This document shows, one piece after another, positions 13,310 to 24,094 of a DNA stretch of 64,000 bases. Made by a program: the position numbers and the translations under genes. The notes beneath the pieces were generated by a model that was not told where the DNA came from, did not search any database, and worked only from the letters and a program-made list of their open reading frames with translations. The stretch's first letter is position 1. The number at the start of each line of letters is the position of its first letter. This DNA is from Eledone cirrhosa (Eukaryota), in assembly GCA_964016885.1 (NCBI GenBank), contig OZ024752.1:4278001-4342000 (forward strand). The letters run 5' to 3'.

Positions 13310-13362
13310 ATGAGATTCTACAGGACTAGAACTGTTTCATTCTTTAAAAATCACCAGTATTG
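13310..13362 (-). ncRNA. Degenerate hammerhead ribozyme (CTGGTGA core variant)
   Basis: Minus strand reads CTGGTGA-t-ttt-taaa-gaa-t-GAAA-cag-ttctagtc-ctg-TA; homologous to 62508-62550. Confidence 0.5.
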
Positions 13363-13420
13363 TCTACCAATATGGGAATTAAATAATCAAGACTGTAGCG
13401 GTATGTCATATATCAAATCA

Positions 13421-13491
13421 TATATTTTGTCTGATGAGGACGTACTGAAAAAAACAACACAATACCTTTGAAATATATATAATAAAGTATA
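13421..13491 (+). ncRNA. Type-I minimal hammerhead ribozyme
   Basis: Helix I tatattttgt/ataaagtata; CTGATGA 13431; imperfect helix II; GAAA 13470; TATATA loop; TA cleavage site; ttgagtgctt at 13569. Confidence 0.7.
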
Positions 13492-13671
13492 TATTTTGAT
13501 TATGAGAATATTTTTCATTTGTTAATATTTTGAATAATATTAAAAACTCCAGGGAACCCTTTTTACTGTTGAGTGCTTCTAATCTATTGTAAAATTGTAT
13601 TCATTGAGTAATCAACGAACCATACTAATATTTAGTTATACATACATATATATATACATACATATATAACA

Positions 13672-15170
13672 ACAACCCTGAGTAGCTTTTTGATTTCCAT
13701 GTGTTTAACACATGTGGACATGCCCACAAAGTCAGAAAGCAGCACAGTTCCCATGACTTTCGGAAACATTTTTTCACACTCAGAGTTGCTGAAGCATGGA
13801 ACAAACTACCTGCATCAGTTGTTAGCTGTCGAGACACTGCATCCTTTAAGACCTCCATGGAACAAACTACCTGCATCAGTTGTTAGCTGTCGAGACACTG
13901 CATGCTTTAAAACCTCCATGGAACAAACTACCTGCATCAGTTGTTAGCTGTCGAGACACTGCATGCTTTAAAACCTCCATGGAACAAACTACCTGCATCA
14001 GTTGTTAGCTGTCGAGACACTGCATGCTTTAAGACCTCCATGGAACAAACTACCTGCATCAGTTGTTAGCTGTCGAGACACTGCATCCTTTAAGACCTCC
14101 ATGGAACAAACTACCTGCATCAGTTGTTAGCTGTCGAGACACTGCATCCTTTAAGACCTCCATGGAACAAACTACCTGCATCAGTTGTTAGCTGTCGAGA
14201 CACTGCATGCTTTAAAACCTCCATGGAACAAACTACCTGCATCAGTTGTTAGCTGTCGAGACACTGCATGCTTTAAAACCTCCATGGAACAAACTACCTG
14301 CATCAGTTGTTAGCTGTCGAGACACTGCATGCTTTAAGACCTCCATGGAACAAACTACCTGCATCAGTTGTTAGCTGTCGAGACACTGCATCCTTTAAGA
14401 CCTCCATGGAACAAACTACCTGCATCAGTTGTTAGCTGTCGAGACACTGCATCCTTTAAGACCTCCATGGAACAAACTACCTGCATCAGTTGTTAGCTGT
14501 CGAGACACTGCATGCTTTAAAACCTCCATGGAACAAACTACCTGCATCAGTTGTTAGCTGTCGAGACACTGCATCCTTTAAGACCTCCATGGAACAAACT
14601 ACCTGCATCAGTTGTTAGCTGTCGAGACACTGCATGCTTTAAAACCTCCATGGAACAAACTACCTGCATCAGTTGTTAGCTGTCGAGACACTGCATCCCT
14701 TAAGACCTCCATGGAACAAACTACCTGCATCAGTTGTTAGCTGTCGAGACACTGCATGCTTTAAAACCTCCATGGAACAAACTACCTGCATCAGTTGTTA
14801 GCTGTCGAGACACTGCATCCTTTAAGACCTCCATGGAACAAACTACCTGCATCAGTTGTTAGCTGTCGAGACACTGCATCCTTTAAGACCTCCATGGAAC
14901 AAACTACCTGCATCAGTTGTTAGCTGTCGAGACACTGCATCCTTTAAGACCTCCATGGAACAAACTACCTGCATCGGTTGTTAGCTGTCAAGACACTGCA
15001 TCCTTTAAGGCCTCCATGCTTCCCGAGATCCGCCAACACTACAGCTAATGTTCCCCCTCCATACACATACACACAGGTATATCATGACTCATGCACTCTT
15101 CACTTCCCTGACATTTGTATATTATTCACAATTTGTATATTATTCACACTTTCCACAATAATTTCATTAT
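13672..15170 (+). mobile_element. CR1-clade LINE 3' end with internal tandem expansion
   Basis: TCGHAHKVRKQHSSHDFRKHFFTLRVAEAWNKLP is the CR1 ORF2 C-terminus; the 3'UTR matches the reverse copy at 40035-40255. Confidence 0.85.
13795..15018. repeat. 61-bp minisatellite, 20 copies
   Basis: Unit catggaacaaactacctgcatcagttgttagctgtcgagacactgcat(c/g)ctttaa(g/a)acctc; catg at 13795, 13856 ... 15015. Confidence 0.97.
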
Positions 15171-15534
15171 TATCATTATTATACATATATTCATATGTAT
15201 GTATATATTTACATATATATATATGTATATATGTACATACATATATATATATATGTAAGAAAAGTCAACAATGGAAAACAACACAAGTGAACAACACAAT
15301 AAAATGATGTTATATTAGTTTAACACTTAATATAGCTGGAAAAGAGTCATATATATAATGCCTCTCCCTTCTCTTCCTCTCTCTCTCTTTCTTCTTCCCC
15401 TCTCTCTTCTCCTCTTCTTCCCCTCTTCTTCCCCTCTCTCTTCCCCTCTTCTTCCCTTCCCTCTTTCCCTCTTCTTCCCCTCTCTCTCTTTCTCTCTTTC
15501 TCTCTCTCTGCTCCTCATAAGATATATTAATATT

Positions 15535-15645
15535 ATTCCCGCCGAGGTTGACTTTGCCTTTCATCCTTACGGGGTCGATAAAATAAAGTACCAGTAATGT
15601 ACTGGGTAATTGCTGGCCTTGTGCCTAAAGTAGAAACAATTATTA
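15535..15645 (+). mobile_element. 5'-truncated SINE family A
   Basis: cccgccgaggttgactttgcctttcatccttacggggtcgataaaat...gtagaaacaattatt. Confidence 0.9.
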
Positions 15646-15845
15646 TATTAGACTCCAAATGTATCATCCTCCATATTCAATGACTAAATTTATATTAGTT
15701 GAGCCAGAAATAATAAACAAATCTCCCTCAAATTCCACCCTACCCTTCTGTCTGAAAAAAAGAACATATTGCATAATGTGATCCTGGATACACATCATTA
15801 TTATCATCATTTAGAGTCCATTTTCCACACTAGCATGGGTTAGAC

Positions 15846-16031
15846 CAGGGTTTCCCAAACTTTTTCAAACATGGAACCCTTTTTTGGTTCAGCAACCTCC
15901 GGGAGAACCCCAAAATCTAATACTGTTATATAGTCATAATATAAATATACTCCTCTACCTTTTTTCATGAAATCCCAGACACTCCTTTGCTGCACCCTTG
16001 GGTTCCACAGAACCCACTTTGGGAAGCACTG
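15846..16031. mobile_element. hAT (Charlie-like) MITE
   Basis: TIRs cagggtttcccaaa / tttgggaagcactg; 8-bp TSD ggttagac/gattagac (7/8 match). Confidence 0.85.
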
Positions 16032-16258
16032 GATTAGACAAAAGACACACTGCCTGAATAAAATTGGTGGGATTGTCATGGCTGGAATGTCATCATAGGT
16101 CTGCTTGCTCGGGGCTGACCTTGAGGTCAAGTTTGGGAGGAGATGAAGAGAAATTATCGAATCATAAGTGGCAGAACATCAGTCTATTTTTTTTTTTCAA
16201 AATCAGGTGCCGAATGTACTCAAATATAGCTGATGAAAGACATAGCTAATCTTGGCAA

Positions 16259-16715
16259 GATTTGAACTCAGAACGTAAAGGGATGTAACTCTATGGTGAA
16301 GTGTCATTGCATTTTCAGTGAAAGGAAGCAGGATTTGAACTCTGAATGTAAAGAGACATAACTCTATGCTGAAGTGTCATTCCATTTTCAGTGAAAGGAA
16401 GCAGGATTTGAACTCTGAATGTAAAGAGACATAACTCTATGCTGAAGTGTCATTCCATTTTCAGTGAACGGAAGCAGGATTTGAACTCTGAATGTAAAGA
16501 GACATAACTCTATGCTGAAGTGTCATTCCATTTTCAGTGAAAGGAAGCAGGATTTGAACTCTGAATGTAAAGAGACATAACTCTATGCTGAAGTGTCATT
16601 CCATTTTCAGTGAAAGGAAGCAGGATTTGAACTCTGAATGTAAAGAGACATAACTCTATGCTGAAGTGTCATTCCATTTTCAGTGAACGGAAGCAGGATT
16701 TGAACTCTGAATGTG
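16259..16715. repeat. 73-bp tandem repeat, about 6 copies, derived from the SINE tRNA head
   Basis: ggatttgaactc recurs at 16331, 16404, 16477, 16550, 16623, 16696. Confidence 0.9.
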
Positions 16716-17059
16716 CAGAGCTGGAATACCAAAAATATCAATTTCACCAATCTGCCATCAGCATTTTACATCTTTTCCTGTCTCTTGCCATTGCCATACA
16801 TTTTGGCAAACTCCTTCCTATCCCTTCATTAATATCATCTTTCCATCCTCTGGTCCTTTTCTCCTGTATTCCTCCCTGAAGGATGTGGGTAGTCAAATTT
16901 TGGAGTCAATACATTATTTATCATATATGAAAAGATGAAAAGTAAAGTTGACCTTGATAGGATTTGAACTCATAGTACAGAGAACCGGAGCAAATGCTCC
17001 AAAGTATTTAATCTAACATTCTAACAACCGTGTGAAATTGAGGTCAACACAGTTATATA

Positions 17060-17330
17060 TAAAGTGCTACTGTGGTTATGAAAACAGAAATGGAAGGGAA
17101 AGGCAAGGGCTCTAGTGTCACAGAAGAATGTGTAGGGGGAGGGTGGTGGGCTCTAGGGTGCAGTGGTATTGAGGCTGTGCCCCACGGACAAGACCACAAA
17201 ATCATTCCCACAGATAATAGCCAATAACACCCACTACAACAGCCACTCCACCTCACGGAACTCCTTCCTCAGACGGCCCGCCAACGTTCTGATCTTGCGG
17301 AGGACCTCAGCATTATGGGATTTATAGAGG
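17060..17330 (-). mobile_element. Dispersed repeat, probably a LINE 3' end/UTR
   Basis: Reverse-complement match to 45715-45832; short frame LRKIRTLAGRLRKEFREVEWLL* precedes the shared segment. Confidence 0.5.
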
Positions 17331-17788
17331 TTGCTGTTGTTGTGTAGGCTTAGGTCAGCTTTGATCAAGCAGGTCTATAAACAAAGCTTTCCAGCAGTGA
17401 CCATCCCATCCTTTCCTTATGCTTGAGGAACCGAAAGACACATTATTCAATGTAACATTTACTAAAGATGGTTTGATTAGGGACATTTTTGCTACTATAT
17501 TTAGCAGAGGTATCGACCATGAAGAGGCTCATACTTTGATAAGTTATATACAGTGTTGTTGTAGAGCCTCAAGTCATCTCTGATTGAGCTAAGCTATGAT
17601 AAAAAACATCCCAGCCATGAACATTCCATTGATTTCCTATGTGTGAGAAATCCTAGAGCACATTCATTATCCAATCTGTCATTTCCTATGACACGGAGAT
17701 CTGATAGGAGGGAATATGTCTACCATTCTTGCATATTGAGTGACCACATTGAGGCTTCCTCATTGTTTCTATTTGTAGAAATATTCCA

Positions 17789-20415
17789 GTTGTGTATCAG
17801 TAGAATAAGATTTCAAGTGGGCCAACAGTCAGTTGTTAATCCTAAGCAGCCTACCATAAGTTGTATCAGTAGAATAAGGTTACCAGTGAGCCAACAGTCA
17901 GTTGTTAATCCCAAGCAGCCTACCATAAGTTGTATTAGTAGAATAAGGTTTCAAGTGGGCCAACAGTCAGTTGTTAATCCCAAGCAGCCTACCATAAGTT
18001 GTATTAGTAGAATAAGGTTACCAGTGAGCCAACAGTCGGTTGTTAATCCCAAGCAGCCTACCATAAGTTGTATTAGTAGAATAAGGTTTCAAGTGGGCCA
18101 ACAGTCAGTTGTTAATCCTAAGCAGCCTACCATAAGTTGTATTAGTAGAATAAGGTTTCAAGTGGGCCAACAGTCAGTTGTTAATCCTAAGCAGCCTACC
18201 ATAAGTTGTATCAGTAGAATAAGGTTACCAGTGAGCCAACAGTCGGTTGTTAATCCCAAGCAGCCTACCATAAGTTGTATTAGTAGAATAAGGTTTCAAG
18301 TGGGCCAACAGTCAGTTGTTAATCCTAAGCAGCCTACCATAAGTTGTATCAGTAGAATAAGGTTACCAGTGAGCCAACAGTCGGTTGTTAATCCCAAGCA
18401 GCCTACCATAAGTTGTATTAGTAGAATAAGGTTTCAAGTGGGCCAACAGTCAGTTGTTAATCCTAAGCAGCCTACCATAAGTTGTATCAGTAGAATAAGG
18501 TTACCAGTGAGCCAACAGTCGGTTGTTAATCCCAAGCAGCCTACCATAAGTTGTATTAGTAGAATAAGGTTTCAAGTGGGCCAACAGTCAGTTGTTAATC
18601 CCAAGCAGCCTACCATAAGTTGTATCAGTAGAATAAGGTTACCAGTGAGCCAACAGTCGGTTGTTAATCCCAAGCAGCCTACCATAAGTTGTATCAGTAG
18701 AATAAGGTTACCAGTGGGCCAACAGTCAGTTGTTAATCCCAAGCAGCCTACCATAAGTTGTATTAGTAAAATAAGGTTTCAAGTGGGCCAACAGTCAGTT
18801 GTTAATCCCAAGCAGCCTACCATAAGTTGTATTAGTAGAATAAGGTTTCAAGTGGGCCAACAGTCAGTTGTTAATCCCAAGCAGCCTACCATAAGTTGTA
18901 TCAGTAGAATAAGGTTTCAAGTGGGCCAACAGTCAGTTGTTAATCCCAAGCAGCCTACCATAAGTTGTATTAGTAGAATAAGGTTTCAAGTGGGCCAACA
19001 GTCAGTTGTTAATCCCAAGCAGCCTACCATAAGTTGTATTAGTAGAATAAGGTTTCAAGTGGGCCAACAGTCAGTTGTTAATCCCAAGCAGCCTACCATA
19101 AGTTGTATTAGTAGAATAAGGTTTCAAGTGGGCCAACAGTCAGTTGTTAATCCCAAGCAGCCTACCATAAGTTGTATTAGTAGAATAAGGTTTCAAGTGG
19201 GCCAACAGTCAGTTGTTAATCCTAAGCAGCCTACCATAAGTTGTATTAGTAAAATAAGGTTTCAAGTGGGCCAACAGTCAGTTGTTAATCCCAAGCAGCC
19301 TACCATAAGTTGTATTAGTAGAATAAGGTTTCAAGTGGGCCAACAGTCAGTTGTTAATCCCAAGCAGCCTACCATAAGTTGTATTAGTAGAATAAGGTTT
19401 CAAGTGGGCCAACAGTCAGTTGTTAATCCCAAGCAGCCTACCATAAGTTGTATTAGTAGAATAAGGTTTCAAGTGGGCCAACAGTCAGTTGTTAATCCTA
19501 AGCAGCCTACCATAAGTTGTATTAGTAAAATAAGGTTTCAAGTGGGCCAACAGTCAGTTGTTAATCCCAAGCAGCCTACCATAAGTTGTATTAGTAGAAT
19601 AAGGTTTCAAGTGGGCCAACAGTCAGTTGTTAATCCCAAGCAGCCTACCATAAGTTGTATCAGTAGAATAAGGTTTCAAGTGGGCCAACAGTCAGTTGTT
19701 AATCCCAAGCAGCCTACCATAAGTTGTATTAGTAGAATAAGGTTTCAAGTGGGCCAACAGTCAGTTGTTAATCCCAAGCAGCCTACCATAAGTTGTATCA
19801 GTAGAATAAGGTTTCAAGTGGGCCAACAGTCAGTTGTTAATCCTAAGCAGCCTACCATAAGTTGTATTAGTAAAATAAGGTTTCAAGTGGGCCAACAGTC
19901 AGTTGTTAATCCCAAGCAGCCTACCATAAGTTGTATTAGTAGAATAAGGTTACCAGTGAGCCAACAGTCGGTTGTTAATCCCAAGCAGCCTACCATAAGT
20001 TGTATCAGTAGAATAAGGTTTCAAGTGGGCCAACAGTCAGTTGTTAATCCCAAGCAGCCTACCATAAGTTGTATCAGTAGAATAAGGTTTCAAGTGGGCC
20101 AACAGTCAGTTGTTAATCCCAAGCAGCCTACCATAAGTTGTATCAGTAGAATAAGGTTTCAAGTGGGCCAACAGTCAGTTGTTAATCCCAAGCAGCCTAC
20201 CATAAGTTGTATCAGTAGAATAAGGTTTCAAGTGGGCCAACAGTCAGTTGTTAATCCCAAGCAGCCTACCATAAGTTGTATTAGTAGAATAAGGTTTCAA
20301 GTGGGCCAACAGTCAGTTGTTAATCCTAAGCAGCCTACCATAAGTTGTATCAGTAGAATAAGGTTTCAAGTGGGCCAACAGTCAGTTGTTAATCCCAAGC
20401 AGCCTACCATAAGTT
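17789..20415. repeat. 72-bp minisatellite, about 36.5 copies
   Basis: Unit agttgtat(c/t)agtagaataaggtttcaagtgggccaacagtcagttgttaatcc(c/t)aagcagcctaccata; source of the 969-aa ORF. Confidence 0.97.
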
Positions 20416-20804
20416 CAACAAATCTATGCTTTCATGTCAGTTTTTTCAATTTCTTTCATCCATCATGTTTCAGCAAGAATGTGTGTATGTTTGTATGTGT
20501 TTCTATGTGTATGTGTGTCTGTGTGCAGCTGGGAGTGTATATGTTCATTTGAGTATATGTATATGTCTGTAAATTTAGAGCATGTGTTCTAATAGCATGT
20601 GTCATGTATTTCCCAAAGAATGAATAATTACAGTGTACGTATAAAAACACACATACACACACAAATGCACACACAAACATACATATATACACAAACATAC
20701 ACATACGCAAACACACACACATGCACACACACTCAAACTCACACACACGCATACACACATGAAACCACACACACACAGACAGACACTCACATATACCCAC
20801 ATGC

Positions 20805-20837
<33 letters not shown>

Positions 20838-21099
20838 CACTTAAGGGGCGTGATATTGTGACCCTGTTTTCCACAGAAAGTTATTTTTCAGTATGGTATC
20901 TTATTCTATGGTACAGAGTGTAATACATTATGATATAGGAAATGTGATACTACATGAAATAGCTTAGAATCTATGTATGTATGTATTGATGCCTGTATAT
21001 GTATACACATACACACACATATATATATCTACACATATATACACACACATATATATATCTACACATACACACCAATACATACATACTCAGATTTTATGT

Positions 21100-21412
21100 G
21101 ATGGTACATGGCTTAGTGCTTAGAGTGTTGGGCTTACACACATGAGATTGTGACACACGTGTGTTGTGTCCTTGAGCAAGACGCTTTACTTCATATTGCT
21201 CCAGTTTACTCAGCTGTAGAAATGAGTTGTGATGTCACTGGTGCCAAACGGTATTAGCCTTTGCCTTTCTCTGGGACAACATTGGTGGCATGGAGAGGAG
21301 AGAGAGATGTACATGGGGGACTTCCACAAACAACCTAGCTTGACTTGTGCCTCAGTGGGGAACTTTCTAGATGCAAATCCCATGGTCATTCATGACCAAA
21401 GTGGGTCTTTAC
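21100..21412 (+). mobile_element. tRNA-SINE family B (CORE/V-like domain), diverged, alternative tail
   Basis: A-box catggcttagtg; gtgtccttgagcaagacgcttt central domain. Confidence 0.7.
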
Positions 21413-21494
21413 TCTATATACATATATATATTTTGAGTATATGTTGGTTGTATACCAACACCTCAGTATGCAGATTGGAGCACTCGACATCAGC

Positions 21495-21549
21495 ACTGCC
21501 TGAAGAGGTCCCAGCCAAAGATGGCTGTCACTGAAATATATATAGCAGT
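21495..21549 (+). ncRNA. Type-I minimal hammerhead ribozyme (CUGAAGA)
   Basis: Perfect helix I actgc/gcagt; CTGAAGA 21500; helix II ggt..agcca-aaga-tggct..act; GAAA 21533; TATATA loop; TA; AATAAA at 21550. Confidence 0.85.
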
Positions 21550-21795
21550 AATAAACGAAGCCAAATTTTAAACATTTGACTTATTTATTTTATTTTATTT
21601 TACATATATATATGTATATATATATATGTGTGTGTATATATATTATGTATGCATGTATTGAGTGAACACACGCATACATACATAATACAGTTTTACACAC
21701 AAGTGTGTATATATATAGGAGGAAATGGTGTATATATATAGGAGGAAATGGTGTATATATATATTATCTAATGATTCTATGGACATACTTTATAG

Positions 21796-21831
<36 letters not shown>

Positions 21832-21920
21832 AGGTGCACACATGATGTTACACTTCTGAGCTTATCTCCTTATCAGTAATTCTCTTTCTTTCTGTACAGT
21901 AATCTCTCTCTCTCCCCCTC

Positions 21921-22045
21921 ACACAGATATAAAGAAGTCATGCCAACCATTGTAGGCAAAGTAGGACCAATAAAACAAATAGTCCAAACAATGACAACCA
22001 AAATAGATGGAGCTTGCCTGAATCAAACAAGAAGTCCTTCCTGGC
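21921..22045. other. Unique island, possible host exon (strand ambiguous)
   Basis: Plus: strong acceptor ctccccctcacacag and open frame YKEVMPTIVGKVGPIKQIVQTMTTKIDGACL. Minus: also open hydrophobic frames with ttcag/gtgag sites. Confidence 0.25.
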
Positions 22046-22265
22046 AAGATTAAATATATATATATATATATATATATGTGTGTATGTAAATATATGTATG
22101 TGTATATATATATATGTTCTTTTACTCTTTTACCTGTTCCAGCCATCCAGCTGAGGCCATGCTGGGGCACTGCCCTTGTTGCTACACATTCTATCTCCAG
22201 CCTGTGTTGGCTGGCCATTGGTGCAAGAGGGAGTTCGTTGCTTCTGCCCTTAGGTTACGTTTGTA

Positions 22266-22297
<32 letters not shown>

Positions 22298-22301
<4 letters not shown>

Positions 22302-22733
22302 TCATCATCATCACTTTTTTACGTCTGTTCTTCCACGCTAGCATGGGTTAGACAGGGGTTGTCCTGTTGTGGACAGTGTCCGGTCGGCTGACCTTGTCTT
22401 GCTCATACGGGAACTGATTCTGGCTTGATTTCTACAGCTGGATGCCCTTCCTAACACCAACCTCATTTACAGTGAGTGCTGGGTGCTTTTTACCGTGGCG
22501 CCTACACGTCCACTTTACAGTGTGGGCTGGGTGCTTTTTTGCCGTGGCGCCTCCACGACCACTTTGCAATGATAGGGACCCCAGTCCTATCATCTCATTT
22601 CTACAGCTGTGTAAACTGGAGCAATGTGAAATAAAGTGTCTTGCTCAAGGAAACAACACATCACCCGGTCCGAGTATTGAACTCACAACCTTTCGATTGC
22701 AAGCCCAATGTTCTAACCACTAAGCCATGTGCC
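22298..22733 (-). mobile_element. Full-length tRNA-SINE family B with RTE-derived 3' tail
   Basis: Head ggcacatggcttagtggttag...gagttcaatac; ccttgagcaagacactt domain; last ~260 nt nearly identical to the 3'UTR of the RTE at 25830-26100. Confidence 0.9.
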
Positions 22734-22769
22734 TTCATCATTTAATGTATATCTTCCACGCTAGCATGG

Positions 22770-22965
<196 letters not shown>

Positions 22966-23120
22966 GTGAGGTTTTTTTTACAAAATGAAAAATAACCGAG
23001 CTGTCCTACACGAGTGGAAGTATAAAGAAAAAGAGATGAAATCGAAAATGCAACTGAAGTCTTATTTTTTTTTTAAATATATATATTTATTTGGTTGCAT
23101 TTTCGATTTCATCTCTTTTT

Positions 23121-23188
<68 letters not shown>

Positions 23189-23197
23189 TAACAGATT

Positions 23198-23250
23198 AAA
23201 TTTTAAGCAAAGAATCGCTGCTTTCACCCTTAACGGGATCTTCTGAAACT
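23198..23250 (-). ncRNA. Degenerate hammerhead (CAGAAGA core)
   Basis: Minus strand reads gttt-CAGAAGA-t-ccc-gttaa-ggg-t-GAAA-gca-gcgattctt-tgc-TT-aaa; one core mismatch; island flanked by (TA)n. Confidence 0.45.
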
Positions 23251-23459
23251 AAGTCAATCTCTGAACGCAGAAGTGAATATTTGAAAAAATGTTGCAACCG
23301 GAGGAAGACAGGAAGACGATACTTTGGTTCGTGGAAACGTTCCCTGGCAAAGAACGGGAAAAAACGAATATAATACGTCATTAATAGGAGCGGTGAAAAA
23401 CAATTACACACAAAGACAGAACCACGTTTACGGTATATATATATATATATATATATATA

Positions 23460-23775
23460 TCATCATCATTTCATCATTTCATTTTACGTCCGCTTTTTCC
23501 CTGCTTGCAAGGGTGGGACGGGAACTGATTCTGGCTTGATTTCTACAGCTGGATGCCCTTCCTAACACCAACCTCATTTACAGTGAGTGCTGGGTGCTTT
23601 GCAGTGGAATGATATGGACCCCAGTCCCTATCATCTCATTTCTACAGCTGAGTAAACTGGAGCAATGTGAAATAAAGTGTCTTGCACAAGGAAACAACAC
23701 ATCACCCGGTCTAAGAATTGAACTCACAACCTTTCGATTGCAAGGTCAATGCTCTAACCACTAAGCCATGTGCCT
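23460..23775 (-). mobile_element. tRNA-SINE family B with RTE-type tail
   Basis: Near-identical head and core to 22298-22733; (GAT)n tail; flanked by (TA)n. Confidence 0.9.
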
Positions 23776-23855
23776 CCATCATATATATATATACATATAT
23801 ATATAAACCCATGCTAATGCTAGCGTGGAAGATATACGTTAAGTGATGAAGGCAC

Positions 23856-24037
23856 AAGGAAGTGTGGTAAGGAAGCAGATGGACCATAACTCACCAGAGT
23901 ACTCGATACTTAGGGTAGTAGAGTGGGTAATAGGAAAAGTGTCAGGACCCCGACGGCTGAGCTCTGGCCGTTTCGACAGCTATATCCGAAGCTTTTGAAA
24001 CACCCAGAGCTCAACCATCGGGTGTTTCAAAAGCTTT

Positions 24038-24042
<5 letters not shown>
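23856..24042 (-). mobile_element. GAGCTC-loop family hammerhead-half element
   Basis: Minus strand: long hairpin, then ctgtc-GAAA-cggc-cagagctca-gccg-TC-gggg; tail homologous to 11500-11587. Confidence 0.7.

Positions 24043-24094
<52 letters not shown>

Noticed and set aside
16230-16262. CTGATGA followed by an aaga/tctt stem
   Set aside because: No GAAA follows; it is a mutated SINE family A core (gatgaaaggcaaag...)
17643-20552. 969-aa protein-coding gene
   Set aside because: Explained by a stop-free 72-bp unit; GTG start, no domain, flanks are degenerate repeats
22660-22733. Genuine tRNA gene
   Set aside because: Has A/B boxes but continues into a SINE core and RTE tail, is multi-copy, and shows no convincing acceptor stem
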